64,000 nt of DNA from a bacterium (GCA_965203325.1 OZ241875.1:4320001-4384000); one strand, 5' to 3'. Numbered from the stretch's first letter, positions 38,896 through 48,922 are shown. The notes: a model not told the origin generated them from the sequence alone. Program-made: numbers and translations.

Positions 38896-39455
38896 TGATC
38901 GAGATGAAAGTCAAGGGCCTCACGCTCGATCCGCACACCAACGTGCCGATTGTGGTGCTGCGCGAGACCGAGGGCGATCGGGCGCTGCCCATCTGGGTGG
39001 GCATTTTCGAGGCGCACGCCATCGCGCGCGAGATCGAGAGCTTCGAGACGCCGCGTCCGATGACCCACGATCTGATCAAGAACATGATCAACGACTTGAA
39101 GGGCCGGGTGGATAAGATCCTCATCAACGATCTGCGGGACAACACATTTTTCGCCGAGATTCATCTTGCCGTAAACGGATCGGAAATCGTCGTCGATTCG
39201 AGACCTTCCGACGCCATCGCGGTAGCCCTTCGCATGGGCAGCCCGATTTTCGTGGAGGAGAAGGTGCTCGAGGAGGCGAAGAGCATCCAGTTCAACGAAG
39301 AGGAAGTGAAAGAGGGCGTCTCCGGGATGGAGGCGGGCAGCGGAGAAGACGCGCCCCCCGAGTCGGAAAAGCCATTGGAGGAAGAGCCCGAGGACATCAA
39401 GGAATGGCTCAAGGACCTCAAGCCCGATGATTTCCTGAAAGAGGACAACAACTAA
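38892..39455 (+). CDS. Bifunctional nuclease family protein (DUF151)
   Basis: LPIWVG.FEA, RPMTHDL, DSRPSDAIA. Confidence 0.92.
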   Translation: MMIEMKVKGLTLDPHTNVPIVVLRETEGDRALPIWVGIFEAHAIAREIESFETPRPMTHDLIKNMINDLKGRVDKILINDLRDNTFFAEIHLAVNGSEIVVDSRPSDAIAVALRMGSPIFVEEKVLEEAKSIQFNEEEVKEGVSGMEAGSGEDAPPESEKPLEEEPEDIKEWLKDLKPDDFLKEDNN

Positions 39456-39498
39456 GGCGAGGCTCGCCCGGGCGTCGCCCCCACCGGAGTTTTTCGCA

Positions 39499-40146
39499 TT
39501 GCTTCTCTATCTCTTGCGGCACGGCGAGACGGACTGGAACGTCGAACAGCGCATACAGGGCGTCTCCGATACCGCGCTCAACGACGTGGGCGTCGCGCAG
39601 GCCGAAGCGCTCGCCTGCGCGCTGCGCGGACGCCCGATCGCCTGCGTGTACGCGAGTCCGCTCAGGCGCGCGAGGCGCACCGCCGAAATCGTCGCGCAAG
39701 CTCTCGACGCGCCCCTCCTCGAGGAGGCGGGAATCGCCGAGTTGAACCAGGGCGAACTCGAGGGAGAACCCTTCCGACGGCTTCCCGAGACGCACCCCGA
39801 TTTCATGCGCGTATGGCGGGACCATCCCGCCCGCGCGCGCATGCCGGGCGGCGAGACGCTCCCGGAATTGCAGGGGAGAGCCTGGGCCGCGATGGAGCGG
39901 TTCCTCGTAGCGCATGAAGATGAAGTCATCGCGGCGGTGAGCCACAATCTGGCGATCATCATGATCCTGTGCAGGATTCTGGGCGTGGAGCTCGACGGCT
40001 TCCGGCGGATACGCCAGCACAACGCCGCCATGAACATCATCGAGCATTCGCCCGAGCGGGGCTGGAGCGTCGTGACGATGAACTCCTTGGCGCACCTTCA
40101 GGATGCGCCCGTCTCGGAGCGGAATCCGTATCAGCCCTATATCTGA
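39499..40146 (+). CDS. Histidine phosphatase (phosphoglycerate mutase family)
   Basis: LLRHGETDWN, SPLRRA, PGGET, VSH. Confidence 0.92.
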   Translation: MLLYLLRHGETDWNVEQRIQGVSDTALNDVGVAQAEALACALRGRPIACVYASPLRRARRTAEIVAQALDAPLLEEAGIAELNQGELEGEPFRRLPETHPDFMRVWRDHPARARMPGGETLPELQGRAWAAMERFLVAHEDEVIAAVSHNLAIIMILCRILGVELDGFRRIRQHNAAMNIIEHSPERGWSVVTMNSLAHLQDAPVSERNPYQPYI

Positions 40147-40173
40147 AGATGTGCCGCGGGGGAACGGCGCGGC

Positions 40174-40365
40174 TCAGTCGTAGTCCTTGCCCTCGGGGTC
40201 GGAGACGTTCCGGTAGTAGTCCTGGATGTCGTCGACGAGGCGGTCGACCTCGGTTTTCGGTTTTTTCCGCTGAGGCGCCAGATAGCGGTGCAGCAGATAA
40301 AAGGCGATGAACCCCAGGAAAAAGCCCAGAGTCGCGCCGTCGAGGAATGTCTGGTATCCGCCCAT
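40174..40365 (-). CDS. Small hypothetical membrane protein
   Basis: 63 aa with one TM followed by a basic then acidic tail. Confidence 0.55.
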   Translation of the reverse strand: MGGYQTFLDGATLGFFLGFIAFYLLHRYLAPQRKKPKTEVDRLVDDIQDYYRNVSDPEGKDYD

Positions 40366-40548
40366 CAGAACGCTCCGCCCATAATGTCATGTATGGACTC
40401 ACCTTAGCTTCGGGGGCTTTCGCCTGTCAACCGAATGCCCGGTTGGGCCGTTTCGCCGAGAAGCGTTAAAGTGCCGGACGAATGACGGAATAGCAGTCCG
40501 TGCATCGCCGGATGGCTGCAGACTTGAAATCCATGAAAGAGTATTGCA

Positions 40549-42687
40549 ATGAGCGCGCGCGAGCACAGGACATACACGATCAAGCGTCCCGCTACTTCGC
40601 CCGCGCGCCGCAAGGCGTATGAGGAAAAGCTCAACCCCCAGCAATTAGAGGTCGTGATGGCGGGCGGGGGGCCGCTTCTCGTCATTGCGGGGGCGGGCAG
40701 CGGCAAGACGCACACCATCACCTACCGCCTCGCGCGTCTCGTGGAAGACGGCGTCGCCCCCGAATCCATCCTCCTTGTCACCTTCACGAACAAGGCCGCG
40801 CGCGAGATGCTCCACCGGGCTGCCTCCTTAATCCAGACCGACGCGCGTCGCGTCTGGGGCGGCACGTTCCATCATGTGGGGAATCTGATACTCAGGCGAT
40901 ACGGTAATCTCATCGGATACGGGCCGAACTTCACCATCCTGGACCGCGAGGACGCGGCCGATCTTGTGACCGAGTGCATCCGCCTCGCGGGGTTCGACCC
41001 CAAAGAGAAGTATTTCCCGAGAGGCCGCGTGCTGGAATCGATTTTCGCCCTCGCCGCCGATACCGACCGAAGCGTCGCGGAGACGGTGCTGAATCGCTAC
41101 TCATACCTGGCGGACCGCGTGGGCGAGATGGAGCAAATCGCCGCCCACTACGAGGAGCGCAAGAAAGAACTCCAGGCGGTGGATTTCTCGGGTCTCCTCT
41201 CCCTCACGCGGGATTTGCTCGCCGAAAACGAGGAGGTACGGCGGGAACTCCAGACGCGCTTTCGCTACATCCTCGTGGATGAATACCAGGACACCAACAA
41301 GGTGCAGGCCGATCTGATCGACCTCCTCGCCGGAGCGCAGAAAAACGTCACCGTGGTGGGGGACGACGCACAGAGCATCTACAGCTTCCGGGGTGCGCAT
41401 TTCGAGAACATCATTACTTTTCCTGAGCGATACCCCGACGCCAGGCTGTTTCGCCTCGAAGAAAATTACAGGAGCACGTCCTCCATCCTCGCGCTTGCCA
41501 ACGCCTCCATCGCCCACAACAGGCGCCAGTTCGAAAAAAACCTCAAGACCACGCGCGGCGAGGGGATGAAGCCCGCCCTCGTGGCCGCGCGCGACGCCAT
41601 GCAGCAGGCGGACTTCGTGGTCGACCGCACGCTGGCGCTGCGCGATGAGGATGACGTGCCGCTCTCCCAGATCGCGGTGCTCTACCGGGCGCACTACCAC
41701 TCGATGGAACTTCAGATGGAGCTCACGCGCCGGGGGATTCCCTTCGAGATCAGGAGCGGGCTTCGCTTTTTCGAGCAGCGCCACATCAAGGACGTCACGG
41801 CGTTCCTGAGGCTCGTGAGTTCGCCGGCGGACGAGTTGGCCTGGAAGCGCGCGCTCAAGCTCCTGCCCGGCGTGGGGGACGTGACGGCGCACCGGGTCTG
41901 GGAGCAGGTGAAGATATGGGAGGAACCCTTCTCTTTTCTCGAGAGCGGCAGTGTGGGTTCCCTCCCCGGAAATGCGCGCGCGAGTTTCGAGATTTTCAGG
42001 AAGCTTGTCGTCGAGCTGACGGGCGCGCCCCGCGCCGCCACAGGAGAGAAGCCGTCGGCCCTGCCGCCGACGGAGATGATAAACCTCGTGCTGGACAGGT
42101 TTTATCAGGAATACGTCGAGAACACCTTCGAGGACGCGCCGACGCGCATCGAGGACGTGCGCCAGCTTGCGGAATACGCGGTGCAGTACGACGGGGCGAC
42201 GGCGTTTCTCTCGGAACTAGCGCTCATGGGAACGGCCGCCGCAGCAGGACCCGCGACTTCGGGCGATCGAGACGAGCCGGATGAATCGATGGTACTGACC
42301 TCGGTTCACCAGGCGAAGGGCCTGGAATGGAAGGTGGTGTTTCTCATCTGGCTCACCGACACGCGTTTCCCCTCGACGCGCTCGCTGACGGACCCCGAAG
42401 GAGGGGAAGAGGAGGAGAGGCGGCTTTTCTACGTCGCCCTCACGCGCGCGAAGGACGAACTCTACATGTGCCAGCCCATGATCGAGAGCGAGAAGTGGAA
42501 CATGGGGACGTTCTCCCAGCTTTCGAGATTTGTGAAGGAGTTACCTGAAGAACTTTATGAGCGCTGGCTGCTGGAGGAGGAGGCGATACAGACGCCGCAG
42601 GATGAAGACGCCCAAAGTCCTGTTTCTCGTCCCGCCGATCCCGATGAGCCCGACGGACTGCGCTATGAATACGATGCGGATGCTTGA
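40549..42687 (+). CDS. UvrD/PcrA/Rep family ATP-dependent DNA helicase
   Basis: AGAGSGKT, VDEYQDTN, VGDDAQSIYSFRGA, NYRS, HQAKGLEW, EERRLFYVALTRAK. Confidence 0.95.
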   Translation: MSAREHRTYTIKRPATSPARRKAYEEKLNPQQLEVVMAGGGPLLVIAGAGSGKTHTITYRLARLVEDGVAPESILLVTFTNKAAREMLHRAASLIQTDARRVWGGTFHHVGNLILRRYGNLIGYGPNFTILDREDAADLVTECIRLAGFDPKEKYFPRGRVLESIFALAADTDRSVAETVLNRYSYLADRVGEMEQIAAHYEERKKELQAVDFSGLLSLTRDLLAENEEVRRELQTRFRYILVDEYQDTNKVQADLIDLLAGAQKNVTVVGDDAQSIYSFRGAHFENIITFPERYPDARLFRLEENYRSTSSILALANASIAHNRRQFEKNLKTTRGEGMKPALVAARDAMQQADFVVDRTLALRDEDDVPLSQIAVLYRAHYHSMELQMELTRRGIPFEIRSGLRFFEQRHIKDVTAFLRLVSSPADELAWKRALKLLPGVGDVTAHRVWEQVKIWEEPFSFLESGSVGSLPGNARASFEIFRKLVVELTGAPRAATGEKPSALPPTEMINLVLDRFYQEYVENTFEDAPTRIEDVRQLAEYAVQYDGATAFLSELALMGTAAAAGPATSGDRDEPDESMVLTSVHQAKGLEWKVVFLIWLTDTRFPSTRSLTDPEGGEEEERRLFYVALTRAKDELYMCQPMIESEKWNMGTFSQLSRFVKELPEELYERWLLEEEAIQTPQDEDAQSPVSRPADPDEPDGLRYEYDADA

Positions 42688-42801
42688 GCGCTTGTTCGCC
42701 GCCGCCGCTTCGCGCTATGATTTTCCACCGAATCCCAGTCATTATTTACCGTTATTTATGAAGGAATACGTTTCTTGTCATTCGCCGTCATCAATGGAGG
42801 A

Positions 42802-43617
42802 ATGAAATTCGTGTCTGAAACGAAGGAATATGCGCCGGGGAGTTTCTGCTGGGCCGATCTGGTGGCGAAGGAGGTGGGCGTCGCCAAGGATTTCTACACG
42901 TCCCTGTTCGGCTGGACGTTCGAGGATATGCCCGTGATGGACGAGATGGTCTACACCATGTTCTCGAAAGAGGGAAAACAGGTCTGCGCCTTGTTCAAGA
43001 TGTTTCCCGATCTGCTCGAGAGCGGCCACCCCTCTTTCTGGCAGAGCTACGTGTCAGTCGAGAGCGTGGATGAGACCGTAAAAAGAGCGGCCGAACTCGG
43101 CGGTCAGGCCGCCCAGGAGCCATGCGACGTGCTTGACGCGGGCCGCATGGCGATGATCCGCGATCCCGGAGAAGCGTTCCTGAGCCTCTGGCAGCCCTGG
43201 GCGCACAAGGGTGCCGACGTCATGGGCGAGCCGGGGGCGATCAACTGGAACGAACTGCTCACCAGGGACGTAGAACGCGCCGGTTCTTTCTACGCCGACC
43301 TGTTCGGCTGGACGAGCACGGTGATGCCCAACCCCTCGGGCGGGGATTACACGGTGTTCATGAGCGGCGAGGAGCCGCGCGCCGGGATGCTCGAACTCAC
43401 GCCCGAGATGGGCGAAATGCCCCCGCACTGGGGGGTGTATTTCGAGGTGGAAAATTTTGACGCTGCGCTTGAAAAGGCAATCAGCCTGGGCGGGCAGGGG
43501 ACGTTCCCCCCGATGGATATCCCCGACGTGGGGAGAATCGGCGGAATCATGGACCCGCAGGGGGCGTGCTTCACGGCGATGGAATCGGCGATGGCGTCGG
43601 CGGATTATGGCGTATGA
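42802..43617 (+). CDS. VOC/glyoxalase family protein (two domains)
   Basis: PGSFCWADL..FY..LFGW and WNELLTRD..FY..LFGW repeats. Start 42802 or 42811. Confidence 0.9.
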   Translation: MKFVSETKEYAPGSFCWADLVAKEVGVAKDFYTSLFGWTFEDMPVMDEMVYTMFSKEGKQVCALFKMFPDLLESGHPSFWQSYVSVESVDETVKRAAELGGQAAQEPCDVLDAGRMAMIRDPGEAFLSLWQPWAHKGADVMGEPGAINWNELLTRDVERAGSFYADLFGWTSTVMPNPSGGDYTVFMSGEEPRAGMLELTPEMGEMPPHWGVYFEVENFDAALEKAISLGGQGTFPPMDIPDVGRIGGIMDPQGACFTAMESAMASADYGV

Positions 43618-43699
43618 TTTTTTTATGGCCTTGAAACGCCCGCCATCGACAGCGCAAGGACGCGCTAAACGGCTTATTTCGACAGGAGCATGAAAACGC

Positions 43700-44344
43700 A
43701 TGAACTATAAAACCATCGACCCCGCCGACAACCACTGGCGGCAGAACTACCGCCTGCTCGTCGGCTCCGTCGTGCCGAGGCCCATCGCCTGGGTGAGCAC
43801 CATCAGCGCGGACGGCTACGCGAACCTGGCGCCCTTCAGCTTCTTCACCTGCGTGGGCCACGACCCGCCCCTGCTCTCGATATCGGTGGGCGTGCGCGAA
43901 AGTTCCTACAAGGACACGGCGCGCAACATCATGGAGACGCAGGGCTACGTCATCCACACGGTGGTGGACGGCCTAGAGGAGCAGATGAACATCTGTGCGG
44001 ACGACTATCCTTTCGAGGTGAGCGAGTTCGAAGAGGCGGGCTTGACGCCGATAGATTCCGATCTCGTGAAGGCGCCCCGCATCGCCGAAGCCCCCGTAGC
44101 CATGGAGTGCCAATTCCGCCACCTCATCACGAACGGGCGCGAGCACCTGACGAACGTCATCATCGGCGAGGTGGTGCGCTGGCACGTTCGCGAGGACGTG
44201 ATGATCGAGGAGGGGAAATACATCGACCCCGTACTGCTCCGGCCCGTGGGCAGGCTCGCGGGCAACGGCTATTGCCGCTCGCACGACGTATTCGACATGC
44301 AGCGGCCCGACAGAAAAGCGACGCAGTTCAGCCCCAAGGGCTGA
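43700..44344 (+). CDS. Flavin reductase-like FMN-binding protein
   Basis: VVPRPIAWVST, NLAPFSFF, KDTARNI, GRLAG..Y. Confidence 0.92.
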   Translation: MNYKTIDPADNHWRQNYRLLVGSVVPRPIAWVSTISADGYANLAPFSFFTCVGHDPPLLSISVGVRESSYKDTARNIMETQGYVIHTVVDGLEEQMNICADDYPFEVSEFEEAGLTPIDSDLVKAPRIAEAPVAMECQFRHLITNGREHLTNVIIGEVVRWHVREDVMIEEGKYIDPVLLRPVGRLAGNGYCRSHDVFDMQRPDRKATQFSPKG

Positions 44345-44389
44345 GCCGGAATCATACCGATATCCTCTTAAGCGAAGGAGGGGAGTGAG

Positions 44390-45460
44390 ATGAGCGACAT
44401 ACCGGAAACCATGAAGGCCGCGGTCACGCACGCCGCGCACGAGGTGCGCATCGAGCAGATTCCCGTTCCCGATTACGAACCCGATCAGGTGCTGGTGAAG
44501 GTCGCCGCCTGCGGCATCTGCGGCACGGACATCCATATCTACGAGGGGCACATGCGCCCGATGTGGCCGCCGTTTTATCCCTTCGTCCAGGGGCACGAGT
44601 GGGCGGGGGTGGTGGCCGCCATCGGAAGCGGCGCGAAAACCTCTCTCGAAGTGGGAGATCGCGTCATCATGGAGCCGACGGTCGGCTGCGGCGCTTGCGC
44701 CACCTGCATCCGGGGCGACTACCACATCTGCGAGAACGCCGCGAAGCCAGGCGGCGGCTACAAGCTGCTCGGCCATACGGCGAACGGCGCTTTCAGCGAA
44801 TACGGCCTGGCGCCTCCGAACAACCTCCACAAGATGCCCGATTCCATGAAATGGGAGGACGCGGTGATCGTGAACCAGGTCGTCATCGCGCTACACGCGC
44901 TAGAGCGCGGGGGCATCGAACCCGCCGACACCGTGGCGATCCTGGGCCCCGGCCTGCTGGGCCTCGCCGTACTCCAGCTCGTCAAGATGATGGGCGCGTC
45001 CAAGACCTTCATCACGGGGCGCGGCTATCGGCTGGGAATTGCGGAGGAACTCGGCGCCGACCGCACCATCGACATCACGAAGGAAGACCCCGTCGAGGTC
45101 GTAATGAGCGAGACGGACGGCCGCGGGGTGGACCTCGTCATCGAGTGCGCCGGCCCGCCCGAGGTGATGCGCCAGGCTGTGGACATGGCGCGGCGTGGCG
45201 GGCGCGTGGTGCTGGAGGGCATCAACGGCGGTCAGGAGACGCCTTTCAACACCGACCGCATCGTGCTCGATGAAATCGCCATATTCGGCGGGCGCGGATC
45301 GCCCAACTGCTACCCGAGGGCGATCCAGATCATCGCAGACGGCCACATCGCCATCGACAAGATGCTCACGCACTCATTCGCGCTCGATGACTTCAACGAA
45401 GCGATGCGCATGTTCAAGGCGCGAGAAGACGGCGTGATGCGTGTGATGCTGACGCCCTAG
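44390..45460 (+). CDS. Zinc-dependent alcohol dehydrogenase
   Basis: CGICGTD, GHE, CGACATC..C, GPGLLG. Confidence 0.92.
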   Translation: MSDIPETMKAAVTHAAHEVRIEQIPVPDYEPDQVLVKVAACGICGTDIHIYEGHMRPMWPPFYPFVQGHEWAGVVAAIGSGAKTSLEVGDRVIMEPTVGCGACATCIRGDYHICENAAKPGGGYKLLGHTANGAFSEYGLAPPNNLHKMPDSMKWEDAVIVNQVVIALHALERGGIEPADTVAILGPGLLGLAVLQLVKMMGASKTFITGRGYRLGIAEELGADRTIDITKEDPVEVVMSETDGRGVDLVIECAGPPEVMRQAVDMARRGGRVVLEGINGGQETPFNTDRIVLDEIAIFGGRGSPNCYPRAIQIIADGHIAIDKMLTHSFALDDFNEAMRMFKAREDGVMRVMLTP

Positions 45461-45541
45461 GGCTGCGTCACAGCGCGGCGCATTCAAAACGAACGACCGG
45501 GTCCGCCGGGCCTGATTTGAGAGATATGAGGAGGATATTCG

Positions 45542-46591
45542 ATGTCCCAGAAACTCCTGCCCACCACCGTCGTTGGCAGCTACACCCAGCCGGAATGGCT
45601 CATCGACCGCGAGAATCTCACCACGCGGCTCCCTCCGCGCGTGCGCGTGCAGGAGATATGGCGCATCCCGCCCGAACACCTGGAAGCCGCGCAGGACGAC
45701 GCCACCCTCCTCGCGATCCGCGACATGGAGCGCGCGGGCATCGACATCATCTCGGACGGCGAGGTGCGCCGCGAGAGCTATTCGAACCGCGTCGCCACGG
45801 CCCTGGGCGGCATCGACACCGAGAACCACGGCTATGCGAAAGACCGCTCGGGCCGGGACAACCCCGTCCCCCGCGTGATGGGCAAGATCCACCGCCCCCG
45901 ACCCATCGAGGTGAGCGACGTGGAGTTCCTGCGCGCCAACACGGATCGCGAGATCAAGATCACCCTGCCGGGGCCGTTCACCATGACGCAGCAGGCGCAG
46001 GATGATTACTACGGCGGCGATCAGCGCGCGATGGCGCTCGACTACGCCCGCGCGGTGAACGAGGAGGTGAAGGACATGTTCGCCGCGGGCGCCGACGTGG
46101 TGCAAATCGACGAGCCCTATATGCAGGCGCGCGCGGAGATAGCAAAAGAATTCGCCGTGGAAGTGATCGCTGAGGCCTTAAAGGGTGTCGAGGGCACTAC
46201 CGCGCTTCACATGTGCTTCGGCTACGCGGCCATCCACGCCTGGCAGGGGCTGGAAAAGCCCGAGGCCTATTCCTTCCTGCCCGAACTCAACGAGAGCGAC
46301 ATCGACCAGATATCCATCGAGGCGGCCCAGCCGCGTCTCGATCTGGCCGTGCTGGAGAAGCTGCCGGACAAGACCATCATCCTGGGCGTCATCGACAACG
46401 ACGACCCCGAGATCGAATCGCCCGAAACCGTCGCCGCGCGCATCCGGGCGGCGCTCAACCATATTACGCCCGAGCGGCTCATTATAGCGCCCGATTGCGG
46501 CATGAAGTACATGCACCGCGACGTCGCCTTCGGCAAGCTCAAGTCCATGGCCGAGGGCGCGGCCATCGTGCGCCAGGAGATCGGGGGGTAG
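45542..46591 (+). CDS. Cobalamin-independent methionine synthase II (MetE C-terminal domain) family protein
   Basis: TTVVGS, ISDGE.RR, QIDEP, HMCFG, PDCG. Confidence 0.92.
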   Translation: MSQKLLPTTVVGSYTQPEWLIDRENLTTRLPPRVRVQEIWRIPPEHLEAAQDDATLLAIRDMERAGIDIISDGEVRRESYSNRVATALGGIDTENHGYAKDRSGRDNPVPRVMGKIHRPRPIEVSDVEFLRANTDREIKITLPGPFTMTQQAQDDYYGGDQRAMALDYARAVNEEVKDMFAAGADVVQIDEPYMQARAEIAKEFAVEVIAEALKGVEGTTALHMCFGYAAIHAWQGLEKPEAYSFLPELNESDIDQISIEAAQPRLDLAVLEKLPDKTIILGVIDNDDPEIESPETVAARIRAALNHITPERLIIAPDCGMKYMHRDVAFGKLKSMAEGAAIVRQEIGG

Positions 46592-46606
46592 GGGGGCTGA
46601 ATCCAG

Positions 46607-46915
46607 TTAATCGGATTTTCCGCCGAAGGCACTATTGCGCAAGGTGGTGTTGATGCGGGACTGCCACCCCTTGCCGCCTTTTTTGAAATACGCGACAACG
46701 TCCGCATCGAGGCGAATGGTAGTCTGCACTTTGGTGGGCTTTTTCTGCGGCCCGCGAAACTGGCGGGGAGGGTTGCTCGCCAGTTCTCCCCGGGCATGGG
46801 CTTCGACGATTTGGGGAACTACTTCCGAGGCCGGACGCATCTCCTCCAGCATCTTTTTGCTCAAGGGAAGATTCTCTGCTTGGGTCGGGAACTGATTTTT
46901 TTGTTTCTGCGCCAT
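46607..46915 (-). CDS. BrnA family antitoxin
   Basis: RGPQKKPTK..TIRLDADVV..FK..GKGWQSRIN..LR. AAGGAG RBS. Confidence 0.88.
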   Translation of the reverse strand: MAQKQKNQFPTQAENLPLSKKMLEEMRPASEVVPQIVEAHARGELASNPPRQFRGPQKKPTKVQTTIRLDADVVAYFKKGGKGWQSRINTTLRNSAFGGKSD

Positions 46916-46984
46916 GTTCACTCCTTGTTCCGTCTTTTTCGTATGATAGACAAATCGTAATAACAATCAGCAAAGAACGCAATC

Positions 46985-47337
46985 GGGGCCGTTGAAAAGC
47001 CCACTGTCGGGGCATCGCTTTTACCCCCCTTGACGGGGCCGCTGAAAAAGCCCTGTCGCGTCCCCTGGAAACCGCCAACGCCTCTTTCCTCACCCTGAGT
47101 AGCCGCCGAAGGCGGCGTATCGAAGGGCGAGGGGCTCGCGCCAAGACGAGAGGGCATCCTTCGATACGGCGCTTACGCGCCTACTCAGGATGAGGGGTGT
47201 CGGGGAACAGCGGAGCTTGTCCCGAGCGAAGTCGAGGGGCCGCTACTCAGGATGAGGCAGGGCGGTTTTGTTCGTCATTCCGGCCGAGGAGGATTTTTTC
47301 AACAGCCCCTTGTCAGGGGGGCTTTTTCAACGTCCCC
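46985..47337. mobile_element. Non-autonomous MITE-like element (nested) with 4-bp target-site duplication
   Basis: Outer TIRs ggggccgttgaaaagccc / gggctttttcaacgtcccc, flanked by AATC on both sides (46981-84, 47338-41). Inner TIR pair at 47035 / 47309. Internal CTGAG..TCGAAGG palindromes. Confidence 0.75.
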
Positions 47338-47458
47338 AATCGCTTCGCCCGGCCAAAGCGCACCATCGCTATTCTGCGTCTGTGGATTGGTGGCTCAGGC
47401 TCCCGGTTGTGGTATGGTGTCCGTATTATCCGCCCACCGAAGCGTTTCGGATACCCAC

Positions 47459-48298
47459 ATGGCAACAAGCACGAAAGAGCAAGTGCGCAAACCGAACCTC
47501 ACAACCCGTGATGAAAAATTGACGCCCCCTCTCAAGTGGGCCGGCGGCAAGCGGTGGCTCGTCCCGCATATTGAGAGTTATTGGAAGGTGCATAGCGAGC
47601 GGCGGCTCGTAGAGCCTTTCTGCGGCGGGCTGGCCGTCGCGCTGGGTCTCCGCCCCGAACGCGCGCTTTTGAGCGACATCAACGCCCCGCTCATGAATTT
47701 CTATGCCTGGCTGAAGAAGGGTTTGTCACGCACCCGGATCGTGATGCGCAACGAGCCTGATGCCTACTACGCCCACAGGGAGCGGTTCAACGCGCTTCTC
47801 ATGAGCGGACGAGGGCGCAACAAGGAGGCGGCGGAGCTTTTCTATTACCTCAACCGCACGGGCTACAACGGCCTTTGCCGTTTCAACGGCAAGGGGGAGT
47901 TCAACGTCCCCTTCGGACGCTACAAGCGCATCAACTATGTGCGGGACTTCACGGTCTACCGGGAGACTTTCGAGGGCTGGGAGTTTCGGTGCCGGGACTT
48001 CGCGTCGCTCCCCATCGAGCCCGATGATTTCATTTATGCAGATCCCCCCTATGACGTAGAGTTCACCAAATACGCCAAAGAGGATTTCTCCTGGGCGGAT
48101 CAGGTGCGCCTCGCGGAGTTTCTCGCCGCGCACGAAGGCCCCGTGGTGCTCTCGAACCAGGCGACGGATAGGATCGTGGAACTATATGAAAAAAACGGTT
48201 TCGCCCTTCAGTTCCTCGAAGGTCCGCGCCGGATCAGTTGCACCGGCGACCGTTCTCCCGCCAAGGAGGTCCTGGCAGTGCGAGGGATTGAGAAATGA
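47459..48298 (+). CDS. Dam/D12-class N6-adenine DNA methyltransferase
   Basis: PLKWAGGK, EPFCGG, DIN, NRTGYNGLCRFN..G.FNVPFG, DPPY. Start uncertain. Confidence 0.93.
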   Translation: MATSTKEQVRKPNLTTRDEKLTPPLKWAGGKRWLVPHIESYWKVHSERRLVEPFCGGLAVALGLRPERALLSDINAPLMNFYAWLKKGLSRTRIVMRNEPDAYYAHRERFNALLMSGRGRNKEAAELFYYLNRTGYNGLCRFNGKGEFNVPFGRYKRINYVRDFTVYRETFEGWEFRCRDFASLPIEPDDFIYADPPYDVEFTKYAKEDFSWADQVRLAEFLAAHEGPVVLSNQATDRIVELYEKNGFALQFLEGPRRISCTGDRSPAKEVLAVRGIEK

Positions 48299-48717
48299 GT
48301 GCTGCACGCAATACGCGAACTGGCAGTGTCTTGGAAGCAATGGTACTGCCTGCGTTGACGAATGGGGGATATCGTTATCAAACACAAGTGCGTATTGGTG
48401 AAAGGCCGAATGGAAGACGTCATTACTTGGATGTCTTGGCGAATGACGATGATGACAATGAATATCTCATCTCACTCAAATGGCAACAGGTTTCCGGCAC
48501 CGCCGAGCAAAAAGTTCCTTATGAAATAATATGTCTCGCCGAAACGATACAGAAAGGAAACGGCACAAAAGCATATCTTGTCCTTGGTGGTTCCGGGTGG
48601 AGTCTACGCGATTATTATTTGGAAGGCGGCCTAAATAGTCATTTAGTACATGCGGAATTAGTCACCATAACCGACTTGGAAAATTTCGTCGCTATAGCGA
48701 ATCAAGGCAAGTTGTGA
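48295..48717 (+). CDS. PD-(D/E)XK superfamily nuclease, putative restriction endonuclease
   Basis: LDV...ISLKWQQVSGTAEQK. ATGA overlap with the MTase stop. Confidence 0.75.
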   Translation: MSAARNTRTGSVLEAMVLPALTNGGYRYQTQVRIGERPNGRRHYLDVLANDDDDNEYLISLKWQQVSGTAEQKVPYEIICLAETIQKGNGTKAYLVLGGSGWSLRDYYLEGGLNSHLVHAELVTITDLENFVAIANQGKL

Positions 48718-48731
48718 AAAAGGGAGAGGTG

Positions 48732-48911
48732 TTGAGACAAATCATCATCAAACGCGGAAAGGAGGGTTTCTGGGTCGCCGAGTGTCTGAGCCTGCCCGGC
48801 TGCATCAGCCAGGGCCAATCCAAGGAAGAGGCCATTCAAAATATCCGGGAAGCCATCGAGGGTTATATCGAAGTCTTGGAGGAAGAAGGGGAGCCGATAC
48901 CTTTGGCATAG
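48732..48911 (+). CDS. HicB family antitoxin
   Basis: WVAECLSLPGCISQGQSKEEAIQNIREAIEGYIE..GEPIP. Start 48714-48732. Confidence 0.88.
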   Translation: MRQIIIKRGKEGFWVAECLSLPGCISQGQSKEEAIQNIREAIEGYIEVLEEEGEPIPLA

Positions 48912-48922
48912 TCCTCCTAAGA

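Noticed and set aside
3443..45373. Many long overlapping ORFs (e.g. 3443-4816 -, 14794-16179 -, 26749-27948 +, 37480-38769 -)
   Set aside because: Antisense or alternate-frame shadows of well-supported genes, typical of high-GC DNA.
46918..47157. Possible brnT toxin ORF upstream of brnA
   Set aside because: Mostly translated MITE sequence; only a weak SIIRKRRNKE resemblance to a BrnT C-terminus.
47088..47257. Repeats as a CRISPR array
   Set aside because: Copies are inverted and degenerate, lack regular unique spacers, and no cas genes are present.
47252..47458. N-terminal extension of the methylase in the ORF track
   Set aside because: Runs through the MITE end; methylase motifs begin later.
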